A stretch of 34,758 nt of DNA from a virus (Duplodnaviria; Caudoviricetes): the IMG/VR virus record IMGVR_UViG_3300027751_000967, positions 1 to 34,758 of that record; one strand, written 5' to 3'. The notes under the pieces were generated by a model. That model saw nothing but the letters and a program-made list of their open reading frames with translations. It ran no database searches and was not told the origin of the DNA. Position numbers and translations under genes: made by a program. This document shows, one piece after another, positions 24,693 to 33,454 of the stretch (within the stretch, counting starts at the first letter, position 1; every line of letters begins with the position of its first letter).

Positions 24693-25423
24693 TAGAATGC
24701 TGCAGCTTCTACGTAATAATCTTTAGCATCTTCAGCAGACTCAAAATTAGTTATCATGTATTCGCCTTGAGCAGCTGAAGCTTCAATGTGCTGATCTTTA
24801 TTTTGTTTGGCCCATAATTCAAAGAGTTCTGCTTGCTCTTTCCCTTTGTATTTCTTACTGAAGTTTACTTTAACGTGAGCATCAGCAGAGTCAACACCGT
24901 AGGTAACACAAAGCTTATACTCTGTACCTTCAATACGTCTTGTTGAGAACTCAGTGCCTTCACTATTTGATTTGGTACCAGTAGTAACTGACCTAAGCTC
25001 TGGATACTTTTCATAGAACTTAAATCCTTCTGCTACAGGATCAATTTCTCCAAGCTGCCATTCGTTAAATATTTCAGTTATTGGTTGGAGTACCATTAGT
25101 TCGCCATAACGACCTTTGACTTTATTGTCTTTTGGATTCGTTAAAGCGATCGTAAGTGCCTCAATCGCAAAGGATGCAATTTCGTGCACCTTTGTTGTCT
25201 CGGCGTATTTCTCTAAACTGTGAGCAATGATAAACAAATTGTCTGGATCATAATCTTTACCACCCATACTTTCTTCTTTAGTATGGTCTAAGCATCTGTT
25301 CTTAACACCTACACCACTATAGTGTACTGTGTTATTAAGTATAGATTCTCGTAAATCACCTTCAGCACTATATGCATAAACATATTGGCCAAGGCTTTTC
25401 ATAAACTCAGATTTGTATTTCAT
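24692..25423 (-). CDS. Divergent GIY-YIG (LEM-3-like) nuclease-domain protein
   Basis: YVYAY...YSGVG..NRCLDH...IEALTI...NKVKG retains Y/G/R/E/N; SD GGAG. Confidence 0.55.
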   Translation of the reverse strand: MKYKSEFMKSLGQYVYAYSAEGDLRESILNNTVHYSGVGVKNRCLDHTKEESMGGKDYDPDNLFIIAHSLEKYAETTKVHEIASFAIEALTIALTNPKDNKVKGRYGELMVLQPITEIFNEWQLGEIDPVAEGFKFYEKYPELRSVTTGTKSNSEGTEFSTRRIEGTEYKLCVTYGVDSADAHVKVNFSKKYKGKEQAELFELWAKQNKDQHIEASAAQGEYMITNFESAEDAKDYYVEAAAF

Positions 25424-25435
25424 TTTATTGCTCCA

Positions 25436-26782
25436 TTATATAATTTTTAAATCACTTAAGAACTGTTTCTTAGAGGTTGTTTTCTCCCAGAAAGTCAGAT
25501 CCTTTTCAGCTTGAGCGATTTGCTTCTCAAGATTTGCAATCTCTTCTGTAGTTAGATTAGAAAACGGTATACCAAGTAAACGGTTACAGTGTTCTTGAGT
25601 TGCTTCAGTATTACTTAAAATTTGTTCGCTGATATTTTTCTTGTTCTTACCCTTAAAGACAATCTTATCATTAAGTACTGCATTAATAAATTGCATCTTA
25701 ATCTTAAGCCAAGTCAGTTCAGAGTTATAGTTCTCAATGTTTCTATTGATTCGTTGGTCAAGTACACCGTAACGATAATCACAGAAGTCAGCAATGAGAT
25801 TACGAACATCATCATATTCTCTTAGCTTTCCGTCTTGATCGATCACAGTACAGTTTTGACTAAGTACTCTTGTTAGCTTAAACTTAGCAAGTATTTGTTT
25901 GTGATTCCATTTGGCTGAAGATGCAAGCTTGAGTTTTACGTGGAAGTTAAAGCCACTCTTATCACAACAATCTTCATAAGATACTATATCTCCGTCGTCC
26001 TCGAGTTTATCTAGTACCTTCACGTACCCTTCTCTGTCTAGCCCATAAGGTACTTCGGTAATATTTAAAGTAGTCTTAGAAGGCTTCTGATAAACACCAA
26101 TAACAGTGTATCGCTTAGGCTCGATAGGATCTTTTTCTACAGTACCTTTAAACTCAGGGAATTTAATGTCGATATTGTTTTTAATTTTCTTAGTTCGTAT
26201 GTATTCTTCACAAGCTTCAGCAATGCTGTTAGGACAATGTGGAAGAATATTAGTAGCGAAACCAGTAGCAATACCTTTAGTACCATTAACAAGAACCAAT
26301 GGAATTACTGGTAAGTAAAACGCAGGTGGCTCATGCTCTGGATCTTCATGTACAGGACTCAAGTCTACGTCTTTAATATACTTTTCAAAATTAGATGAGA
26401 GTTTACTGTAAACATAACGAGGAGCACCAGCATCTTGAATAAGTCGAGTACCAAATGATCCTCTACCTTCAACAAGACAAATGTTGTTATTCCACGTTGC
26501 TGCCATAAGCTGACCTGAACCAGCTGCTGAACCTTCACCGTGATTATATCCGTAGTCAGAAATAATACCAGATACTGCTGATACTTTCTTAAAATCACGT
26601 TTAGTATTTTGAATGCTTGAGTAGAGGTAGAACCTTTGTACAGGTTTAAGACCGTCGATCATATTTGGGATCGCTCGATTTTCAACGGTGTACATAGCAA
26701 AGCTCTTCCATTCTCTACCAGCAACATCGGACAAAGGATAGTACCTATTGTCGTCAGATATGTAAGATGTTAAGTCGCTCAT
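25436..26782 (-). CDS. g52: Type II topoisomerase subunit gp52 (GyrA-like)
   Basis: RAIPNMIDGLKPVQR, YNHGE, APRY catalytic Tyr, NGTKGIATGF. Confidence 0.96.
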   Translation of the reverse strand: MSDLTSYISDDNRYYPLSDVAGREWKSFAMYTVENRAIPNMIDGLKPVQRFYLYSSIQNTKRDFKKVSAVSGIISDYGYNHGEGSAAGSGQLMAATWNNNICLVEGRGSFGTRLIQDAGAPRYVYSKLSSNFEKYIKDVDLSPVHEDPEHEPPAFYLPVIPLVLVNGTKGIATGFATNILPHCPNSIAEACEEYIRTKKIKNNIDIKFPEFKGTVEKDPIEPKRYTVIGVYQKPSKTTLNITEVPYGLDREGYVKVLDKLEDDGDIVSYEDCCDKSGFNFHVKLKLASSAKWNHKQILAKFKLTRVLSQNCTVIDQDGKLREYDDVRNLIADFCDYRYGVLDQRINRNIENYNSELTWLKIKMQFINAVLNDKIVFKGKNKKNISEQILSNTEATQEHCNRLLGIPFSNLTTEEIANLEKQIAQAEKDLTFWEKTTSKKQFLSDLKII

Positions 26783-26799
26783 AAATTTATTTTTTTCCA

Positions 26800-26855
26800 G
26801 TTAAAAGTATATTATATCAAATCAAAAGGTATTTGTCAACCCCTTTGTTCATTTA
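26800..26855 (-). repeat. Promoter-containing repeat, copy 1 (promoter for g52)
   Basis: TTGACA-17-TATAAT at 26811-26839; near-identical to 27115-27170. Confidence 0.8.
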
Positions 26856-27104
26856 ATTTAACAACTCTGCAAAATGATCGAACACGCCAGGGTTATCTTT
26901 AATTACTCTTTCGAAGTTTCGTTTCATTGTTTCTAGACCCTTCTTATTTCCTTTTTCTTTCATGTCCGCTACTCTTGCTTTAATTTTATCGTAGTCAAAC
27001 TTGTCAGCCGGATATATAGTGGGTTTCCATACTACAGTAGAATCCTTTGGCATTCCATAGTATCTTCCGTCGTCAGTGTATTTGAATTGTACAGTCATAA
27101 TCAT
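26853..27104 (-). CDS. Hypothetical protein between the topoisomerase genes
   Basis: 83-aa ORF with its own promoter and SD. Confidence 0.7.
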   Translation of the reverse strand: MIMTVQFKYTDDGRYYGMPKDSTVVWKPTIYPADKFDYDKIKARVADMKEKGNKKGLETMKRNFERVIKDNPGVFDHFAELLN

Positions 27105-27114
27105 TCCTTATTAA

Positions 27115-27170
27115 GTTAAAAGTATATTATATCAAATCAAACGGTGTTTGTCAACTGTTTTGTTCATTTA
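27115..27170 (-). repeat. Promoter-containing repeat, copy 2
   Basis: TTGACA-17-TATAAT at 27126-27154. Confidence 0.8.
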
Positions 27171-27172
27171 TT

Positions 27173-29005
27173 TTAGGCGAACATGAAGTCTTTACGTAAC
27201 TGAGCATCTCTACCAAACATCATTTGGAAAAGACCAGCGTCGTCTACAGAAACAGTATCATACTTTGGTTGATTAATAATTACGTCGTACTCATCTTCTG
27301 TGAGTGAGCCAAGGCCTTTGATATAACGATGCTTCCAATTTGTGTTTGTTTTCTTAAACTCAGAAGCGTCTTCGTATGTATAGAACCACTCTACTTTATC
27401 TTTAAAGGTAGATATCATAATCGGAGTACGAGTAATTCGTACACGATGTTCAGTTAAAAGTCGTGGCCAAAACTTGTAGAAGAAAGCGATCAGCAGAGGA
27501 CTAATGTGTCCAATACCATCATGGTCAGCATCAGTCAATGTTGCAATGTGTTTATAAGTTGCATTATCTACACTGTCTGGATCATTAATGTCCAAGCCAA
27601 GAACAGCAACCAATTCACTAAGTTCTTTATTTTTCAGAACATCGGCTGGTTTCATATCCCACGTGTTCATAATAACCCCTCTCAACGGAAAGGCGCCGAC
27701 CTTATTGGGATCTCTTACCTTTAAAAGAAAGCCCATAGCCGAATCCCCTTCGACGATCTTAAGAGTAGCATCATCTTTATTGGCAGCAATATGCTTTGCA
27801 ACTTTGATTTTGCGTATTTTCTTTTGAGCTAGAGTTGCGGCTCTTTTATCTGCTGCCATTTTCTTAGCAAGTTGAGCTTCAATGATAGGATCAATAATGT
27901 CTGGTGTGTTTAGAATCTTTCGAGCCAATACTGAGAAGTCTTTAATCTCTGCTTGCTCTAAGTGAACACGAATGTCTTGTAGTGGATTAGTTAATCGCTC
28001 TTTTGTTTGAGAATCAAATTTAGGATTCACAAAGTTTCGAGCAAACATTACAAAGGTCAAGCCACTCTTAATAGTCGTTTTAACAACTTCAATTTTGTGT
28101 TTACGCTTTACCATAGTAACAAGTTCATCGACTACATTATTAACAATGTGTTCTACGTATGCACCACCCTGTCTGGTATTCACTCCGTTTACATAAGAGG
28201 TTGTTCTGAAGCCGTCTTCTGATGGAGCAAAGAATAAAGAAAGGTTTTCGCTTTTTTCGATGATTGTTGTTTCACCAAATTGTGCAGCGTATTTCTTTAA
28301 GTCATTAATTAGTATTCTTTTGTTGTTAAGCGTAAAACGAATTTCCGGAAACGACATCGATAAACTAATAAGTCTATCTTGAAGGAGAGCCAGCGTACTA
28401 AGATCTCCAAGCGAATCTGCCTCAAATAGCTCAAAGTCTGGGACGAAAGAAACTTCCGTTCCAGAACCCGCTCTTTTCTTTTCTTTAACATTTATTGTAT
28501 TACCCCCGTCAGTACATGTTACTTCAAGTAGATTCCCATCTGACCACGTCCTACCTTGGAATGATTTAGATAAAAAGTTAGTTGCTGCTGAACCAACACC
28601 GTTTGTTCCAATGGTTACACGTTCGTCGTCAAAGGAAGTACCAGCATTAACTCGTGTCCAAGCTGCAACTGGTCGTTTGATTTTCTTACCAGATTCTTCG
28701 TCGTGTATTTCATCATGTGGAATACCTCGTCCGTTATCTGATACAACGATCGTGTTGGTCGCTTCATTAATTGAAACATTAATTTTATTAGCTTTCTTAA
28801 AATTTGTACGAATAGCTTCGTCGATAGCATTATCCAAAATCTCATCAATCATTTTACTGAGAGCAGGAACATAATCAACTGACTTCCATTCGCCAAGTAC
28901 AAATCGCTCGATAGACTCTTTTGCAGCTGAGCCCATGTACATACCAATACGTTCTCTAACGTGTTGGCGTGCTGTTAAAATTCTAAATTCTTCTTGTTTC
29001 TTCAT
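27173..29005 (-). CDS. g39: Type II topoisomerase large subunit gp39+60 (GyrB-like)
   Basis: EILDNAIDE, DNGRGIP, GTNGVG, EGDSA, PLRG, TDADHDG, YIKGLGS. Confidence 0.96.
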   Translation of the reverse strand: MKKQEEFRILTARQHVRERIGMYMGSAAKESIERFVLGEWKSVDYVPALSKMIDEILDNAIDEAIRTNFKKANKINVSINEATNTIVVSDNGRGIPHDEIHDEESGKKIKRPVAAWTRVNAGTSFDDERVTIGTNGVGSAATNFLSKSFQGRTWSDGNLLEVTCTDGGNTINVKEKKRAGSGTEVSFVPDFELFEADSLGDLSTLALLQDRLISLSMSFPEIRFTLNNKRILINDLKKYAAQFGETTIIEKSENLSLFFAPSEDGFRTTSYVNGVNTRQGGAYVEHIVNNVVDELVTMVKRKHKIEVVKTTIKSGLTFVMFARNFVNPKFDSQTKERLTNPLQDIRVHLEQAEIKDFSVLARKILNTPDIIDPIIEAQLAKKMAADKRAATLAQKKIRKIKVAKHIAANKDDATLKIVEGDSAMGFLLKVRDPNKVGAFPLRGVIMNTWDMKPADVLKNKELSELVAVLGLDINDPDSVDNATYKHIATLTDADHDGIGHISPLLIAFFYKFWPRLLTEHRVRITRTPIMISTFKDKVEWFYTYEDASEFKKTNTNWKHRYIKGLGSLTEDEYDVIINQPKYDTVSVDDAGLFQMMFGRDAQLRKDFMFA

Positions 29006-29008
29006 ATA

Positions 29009-29449
29009 TTAAGCCACCTGCTCAAATTGTTTATAAGTTGCATCAAGGTACTTTTGTGTAGGTGTTTGTTTCCAAGTACGCTCAGCAACTATATCTCCTG
29101 ATTCATCTCTAAGAGATTTTTGCTGTTTAACACAATGTAGATTGCCATCAACTACAGTAGCATTACACACTGTTTCCCAGTGTTCGATATGCTTAGACTC
29201 AACATAGTCTCTGTCGTCGATGAGCTCATCAGAAATTATATATTCCTGCTGGTATTCGTCACTACTCTCAATGCAGGAGTAAAGGTGATCCCAAAAGCCT
29301 GGAACGGCTACTTGCTCTGTGGTTAGGTCGTGGACAACGATGGTTTCGCCACCCTTAAATTTCCAATAGTCTTCACTAACACCAGCGACGTAATCGTCGT
29401 CGTGGGCAGCATAGTTCTCTTTGTATTGAGTTTGGATTACTAGTTTCAT
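29009..29449 (-). CDS. Hypothetical phage protein
   Basis: TQYKENYAAHD...YWKFKGG; SD GGAG; promoter at 29496-29524. Confidence 0.75.
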   Translation of the reverse strand: MKLVIQTQYKENYAAHDDDYVAGVSEDYWKFKGGETIVVHDLTTEQVAVPGFWDHLYSCIESSDEYQQEYIISDELIDDRDYVESKHIEHWETVCNATVVDGNLHCVKQQKSLRDESGDIVAERTWKQTPTQKYLDATYKQFEQVA

Positions 29450-29495
29450 ATATTTCTCCGATGTATTTGCGATGTATTTCGTTATGTAAAAGTAT

Positions 29496-29524
29496 ATTAT
29501 ATCATATCAAAAGGTATTTGTCAA
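29496..29524 (-). promoter_or_regulatory. Sigma70-type early promoter
   Basis: TTGACA-17-TATAAT. Confidence 0.8.
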
Positions 29525-29559
29525 CCCCTAAAGTGATTTATTTTCACTTTTTTTACCCT

Positions 29560-29872
29560 CTCACGTGTATACGTTATAAAAGGTACCTATGCGAGGTACG
29601 TGTCGTTACGCTTTAAGAACCACCGTTCGAGTGTATCTTCACCAGTAAGAATGTATGCCACGGTCTTCTTAACCTTAGCAAATCTAAACCCTTGGTCTCC
29701 GATACTTCCAACCCATACAATGTGGGGATATTCCGGAAACATACCAGTCTCGTTTAGACTGTACTCGAAGTTGTTACCGCATTCCTTCTCAACGAAGTTA
29801 CCGACCTGCTTCTCTGCGTGGTTGTAATATGCCATATTCTACTGCCTCACATGTATACGTTATAAAAGGTAC
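29560..29872. repeat. 27-bp direct repeats (29560-29586 and 29846-29872) flanking one ORF
   Basis: CTCAC(G/A)TGTATACGTTATAAAAGGTAC, one mismatch. Confidence 0.85.
29587..29835 (-). CDS. Hypothetical protein
   Basis: 82-aa ORF with GAGG SD, downstream of promoter 29898-29926. Confidence 0.7.
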   Translation of the reverse strand: MAYYNHAEKQVGNFVEKECGNNFEYSLNETGMFPEYPHIVWVGSIGDQGFRFAKVKKTVAYILTGEDTLERWFLKRNDTYLA

Positions 29873-29897
29873 ATACAAATTCATATTTGATGGGTAT

Positions 29898-30021
29898 ATT
29901 ATATCAAATCAAATGGCCTTTGTCAACCCCTCTCTTATATCATTTTGGAATATACATATAACTAATCGTTCTATATAAAACGACAATAACAGTTGACAAA
30001 TGGATCAAACTGTGTTAGAAT
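29898..30021. promoter_or_regulatory. Back-to-back divergent early promoters at the strand switch
   Basis: Minus TTGACA-17-TATAAT (29898-29926); plus TTGACA-17-TAGAAT (29993-30021). Confidence 0.75.
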
Positions 30022-30057
30022 ACACTTATCAACCTTTAAATAATAATAGGATTTCTT

Positions 30058-30732
30058 ATGAATGTAAAAATGATCTCATACTCTCAAGCTCCAGATGCTA
30101 ACGCATCAGAGAGTGCACTCGATTTAGTAGCTTATTGTGCTAGAGTATCAAACCCATCTAATCAAAATAATACAGAGACGAATGAGAAGCTCGTCAAGTA
30201 TCTAATGAAACACAAGCATTGGTCTCCATTAGAGATGGTGTCTCTCTGCTTAGAAGTTGAAACAACTCGTGATATCGCTAGACAAATCTTACGACATCGC
30301 TCATTCTCGTTCCAAGAGTTTAGCCAACGATATGCAGACCCTACTGCTGATCTAAACTTTGAGATCAGAGAAGCAAGACTACAAGACACAAAGAATCGTC
30401 AGAACAGTATTCCAATTGATATTACAGACGATAAACAACGAAGAATAGCAGAAGATTGGCGAATGAAGCAAATGGAATACATCCGTCAGTCTCAAAAGCT
30501 ATACACTTGGGCGATCGAGAATGGTATCGCTAAGGAGCAAGCACGTGCAGTACTTCCAGAAGGAAACACCGTATCTCGTATGTATATTAATGGTACCCTT
30601 CGTTCTTGGGTTCATTTTATTGAACTTAGGAGTGGCAACGGTACACAAGCTGAGCACATGGATATTGCGAAGGCAGTAGCTCAATGTATATCAGAAGTCT
30701 TTCCAATGGCAGGTGATTTTGTATCAGAGTGA
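30058..30732 (+). CDS. thyX: Flavin-dependent thymidylate synthase
   Basis: HWSPLE, RQILRHRSFSFQEFSQRY, KEQARAVLP, TQAEH. Confidence 0.96.
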   Translation: MNVKMISYSQAPDANASESALDLVAYCARVSNPSNQNNTETNEKLVKYLMKHKHWSPLEMVSLCLEVETTRDIARQILRHRSFSFQEFSQRYADPTADLNFEIREARLQDTKNRQNSIPIDITDDKQRRIAEDWRMKQMEYIRQSQKLYTWAIENGIAKEQARAVLPEGNTVSRMYINGTLRSWVHFIELRSGNGTQAEHMDIAKAVAQCISEVFPMAGDFVSE

Positions 30733-30752
30733 AAATAAATGAAAATAATTGT

Positions 30753-30810
30753 CAAAAACAGTTGACAAACACCATTTGATTTGATATAATATACTCATAA
30801 ATTAAATAAA
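30753..30810 (+). repeat. 58-bp exact promoter repeat, copy 1
   Basis: Contains TTGACA-17-TATAAT; identical to 31592-31649. Confidence 0.9.
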
Positions 30811-30824
30811 ACAAGGCGAAACAG

Positions 30825-31157
30825 ATGAGAAATGATATGATAGAAACTGGTGATAGTGTTACATACAAGTATCCAGATGGCAAATGTGTAAGAGCATTTA
30901 TCAATGAGCTTGGAGAAGACTACATGGTAGTAAGACCCACGACTATTGATTGGGAATACGCTGGTGGTCAACCTTACGGTGACGTACGTTACTCAGAGGA
31001 AAAACTGACTGTTGATATGTTTGACGACATTGATCTAGAAATCTGGTCTGACGGTAGAGGTGGTGACAACTCTGCAATCGGAGTATCAGGCTGTCATGAA
31101 CCGTGGACATCTGTTTGGCTTATTGTTGAAGACGGCAGAGTATTACACGCTGCATAG
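30825..31157 (+). CDS. Hypothetical early protein
   Basis: 110-aa ORF after a promoter. Confidence 0.7.
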   Translation: MRNDMIETGDSVTYKYPDGKCVRAFINELGEDYMVVRPTTIDWEYAGGQPYGDVRYSEEKLTVDMFDDIDLEIWSDGRGGDNSAIGVSGCHEPWTSVWLIVEDGRVLHAA

Positions 31158-31165
31158 GAGAAAAT

Positions 31166-31366
31166 ATGGTAATAAATCAACAACAACTTGATAATTGGGA
31201 TCTCTTAGCGAAAGCTTCAGTAAGAGATGGAGAACAAAGATATACAGAAGCACAGATCAGATCGTTGGTCGGTGCTCCAAGTATTGAAGAAAGTAACACC
31301 TGTACGTGCGGTGCTAATATAAATGAATGTGATGACACGTACTCACATATGACACACGGAGTTTAA
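31166..31366 (+). CDS. Hypothetical protein with Cys/His-rich C-terminus
   Basis: SD AGGAG; CTCG...C...H..H. Confidence 0.7.
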   Translation: MVINQQQLDNWDLLAKASVRDGEQRYTEAQIRSLVGAPSIEESNTCTCGANINECDDTYSHMTHGV

Positions 31367-31582
31367 ATGAAAACTAAACTATATAATGCAGCCAAAGATT
31401 TTGGCTTTGGAATTGCCACTGTAGCGGCAATAATTGGAATCATTTCAGCCCTTATCGGCATTGGAGAAATGGTTGGTGCAGCAGACGATACAATAAGACT
31501 CGCTCTTGCTACTCCGTTCTTCCTGTATTTCATCTACATCTTCGGTGGATTGACCAGATCAATCTACTTTAAAAAAGATTAA
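31367..31582 (+). CDS. Small two-helix membrane protein
   Basis: SD GGAG; two hydrophobic segments. Confidence 0.7.
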   Translation: MKTKLYNAAKDFGFGIATVAAIIGIISALIGIGEMVGAADDTIRLALATPFFLYFIYIFGGLTRSIYFKKD

Positions 31583-31591
31583 AATAATCGA

Positions 31592-31649
31592 CAAAAACAG
31601 TTGACAAACACCATTTGATTTGATATAATATACTCATAAATTAAATAAA
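31592..31649 (+). repeat. 58-bp exact promoter repeat, copy 2
   Basis: Identical to 30753-30810. Confidence 0.9.
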
Positions 31650-31658
31650 GGAAACATT

Positions 31659-31985
31659 ATGAATTACACAATTGAAGAAAGAGCGGCGTTTGTATCAACA
31701 TCACTGCAAGGCTACATCACAGCATCTTACGAAGACTTAGTTAAAGTCTTTGGTGAGCCGCAATATGATACACCTTCTGGTGACGGTAAAGTCGATGTTG
31801 AGTGGGAAATGAATATCCTCGACGAAGATCATAATGCAATACGTCCCTTTACCATTTATAACTGGAAAGACTACGACGCTGGTCGAACAGCTAGATCTAC
31901 TCCAAATTATAGGTGGCACATTGGCGGTACCTCTGGTGTCGTCTCCATGTTTGTTAATGAATATTTTGAAAAGAAGGTAGCGTAA
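31659..31985 (+). CDS. Hypothetical phage protein
   Basis: TSLQGYI...LVKVFGEP...DGKVDVEW...TIYNWK...WHIGG. Confidence 0.75.
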   Translation: MNYTIEERAAFVSTSLQGYITASYEDLVKVFGEPQYDTPSGDGKVDVEWEMNILDEDHNAIRPFTIYNWKDYDAGRTARSTPNYRWHIGGTSGVVSMFVNEYFEKKVA

Positions 31986-31986
31986 T

Positions 31987-32217
31987 ATGAGTAAGAAATC
32001 TTTTAATATGGTAATGCGTGAACTTAAGAAAATTAAGAAGCAAATGGATAGAGAAGCTTCTCACGAAAAGTTCAACGCTATGAAAGCACAAGCAAAGAAC
32101 GAACGTGCAGCTAACAAGCTAGCCAAATCAAACAAGAAATTTGACATCTATTCTGATGATAAGTTTGATGTGTCGGAGCTTGGCATTAATGAAGTAGCAT
32201 TACAAGTTAACTACTAA
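31987..32217 (+). CDS. Hypothetical basic protein
   Basis: 76-aa ORF in operon. Confidence 0.65.
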   Translation: MSKKSFNMVMRELKKIKKQMDREASHEKFNAMKAQAKNERAANKLAKSNKKFDIYSDDKFDVSELGINEVALQVNY

Positions 32218-32357
32218 TGACTGAAATAGTCTATCTTTTAGCACTCGCCTTTGCAATGGTGTTTGCAGTAAAGCTGGTTATCAAGTCGCTTGAGTTCATG
32301 TATGCATACGCATTTACGATAGCAATACTTTTAGTTATAATGGTTATATTCTTATAA
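32217..32357 (+). CDS. 46-aa very hydrophobic peptide, absent from the ORF track
   Basis: MTEIVYLLALAFAMVFAVKLVIKSLEFMYAYAFTIAILLVIMVIFL; TAATG coupling to the upstream gene. Confidence 0.6.
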   Translation: MTEIVYLLALAFAMVFAVKLVIKSLEFMYAYAFTIAILLVIMVIFL

Positions 32358-32388
32358 CAAAAAGATCTAAGAGAAACGACAATAGTTG

Positions 32389-32417
32389 TTGACAAAATGA
32401 TCTTGTTGTGTTACAAT
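32389..32417 (+). promoter_or_regulatory. Sigma70-type early promoter
   Basis: TTGACA-17-TACAAT. Confidence 0.7.
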
Positions 32418-32448
32418 ATACCCATCAAATATGAAAAGGTAAATAGAA

Positions 32449-32709
32449 ATGAGTACTGATTTGAGAAACGTCCCAACAACAGACATCATGCAGACACGCT
32501 TCTTTGGTGGTCAAGACCGAGGAACATGCATCCAATTAACTCCACCATGGAGAGATCAAGGCCACATCCAATTAACTCGTGAACAAGCTGCAATATTGGC
32601 TGCTGAGTTAATGCTGTTTGCAGAAGGCGAAGAAGTTACTGAACAACTTCACCAACTATTGGAAGGCGACGATGGGGCAGAAGCACTTTGTGAGGCACTC
32701 TGCTCATGA
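32449..32709 (+). CDS. Hypothetical protein
   Basis: TRFFGGQDRGTCIQLT; SD AAGGT. Confidence 0.7.
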   Translation: MSTDLRNVPTTDIMQTRFFGGQDRGTCIQLTPPWRDQGHIQLTREQAAILAAELMLFAEGEEVTEQLHQLLEGDDGAEALCEALCS

Positions 32710-33125
32710 TGGTTGAAATGACAGGCCCACGTGGTGGGAAGCTAAACATAGATTTACAATCCATGACGCTAGTAGCGATGAATAGCTTTGCAAGACAACT
32801 AGGAATTAGTCGACTTAAGACTAACATTCATGTTAAGTTCCACCACAAGCTCTTTGTAGAGAATACATCTGAGGGTTTGTGTGAGTCGGTTGACGATCGT
32901 AACTTTATAATTGACGTTGGTCTATATGGCAATTGGTTATCAACTCTTGCTCATGAAATGGTACATGTCAAACAATTTGCTCGTGCCGAACTATCACCTT
33001 CTCTACAACATTGGAAAGGTCGTGACCATTCTGACACAGATTACTGGGATCAACCTTGGGAAAAAGAAGCTCGAAGGCTTCAGAATAAAATGGTACTTCA
33101 ATTTGAAAAGGATTTAGCAAGCTAA
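32706..33125 (+). CDS. HExxH zinc metallopeptidase-like protein
   Basis: TLAHEMVHVKQ, YWDQPWEKEAR. Confidence 0.75.
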   Translation: MMVEMTGPRGGKLNIDLQSMTLVAMNSFARQLGISRLKTNIHVKFHHKLFVENTSEGLCESVDDRNFIIDVGLYGNWLSTLAHEMVHVKQFARAELSPSLQHWKGRDHSDTDYWDQPWEKEARRLQNKMVLQFEKDLAS

Positions 33126-33355
33126 TGGCACCAGCAGAATTTTTTAAATTATTAGAGACGCACGACTGGTATTTTCAGTATAGTGACGATCATCGTGCAT
33201 GGACTAAAGGACAAGCAGAGGCTAGTCGAATACAATCGATCGCTCAAGAAGTTCCTTTATTCTTAGATATGTATAGAGACTACTCTAATTTTATGTTTGC
33301 ACCTAAAGATGAGTTCGGAAGAGATAGGCCGCAATTGATAGACTACTTAAGTTAG
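33125..33355 (+). CDS. Hypothetical protein
   Basis: HDWYFQYSDDHRAW; TAATG coupling. Confidence 0.7.
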   Translation: MAPAEFFKLLETHDWYFQYSDDHRAWTKGQAEASRIQSIAQEVPLFLDMYRDYSNFMFAPKDEFGRDRPQLIDYLS

Positions 33356-33367
33356 TTAATAAATTAT

Positions 33368-33444
33368 GCGCCCTTAGCTCAGCTGGATAGAGCAACGGCC
33401 TTCTAAGCCGTAGGTCAGTGGTTCGAATCCACTAGGGCGCGCCA
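33368..33444 (+). tRNA. tRNA-Arg (anticodon UCU)
   Basis: GCGCCCT/AGGGCGC acceptor stem, D-arm AGCTCAGCTGGATAGAGC, anticodon arm ACGGC-CTTCTAA-GCCGT, GTTCGAATC, encoded CCA. Confidence 0.97.
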
Positions 33445-33454
33445 AATTAATAAA

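Noticed and set aside
2917-28874. Many 60-130 aa antisense or out-of-frame ORFs in the track (e.g. 9039-9434, 14221-14502, 21360-21728, 24541-24726)
   Set aside because: They are shadows of well-supported genes, with no SD or recognisable motifs
27173-29005. Fused gp39+gp60 topoisomerase subunit as a novelty
   Set aside because: The fused form is usual in T4-like phages; the split in T4 itself is the exception
26800-31649. Repeats as a CRISPR or mini-CRISPR array
   Set aside because: Copies are separated by whole genes, mostly contain promoter consensus, and lack regular spacers or cas genes
33368-33444. tRNA as an integration site or sign of genetic-code reassignment
   Set aside because: It is a normal Arg(UCU) tRNA, no integrase is present, and genes translate cleanly with the standard code
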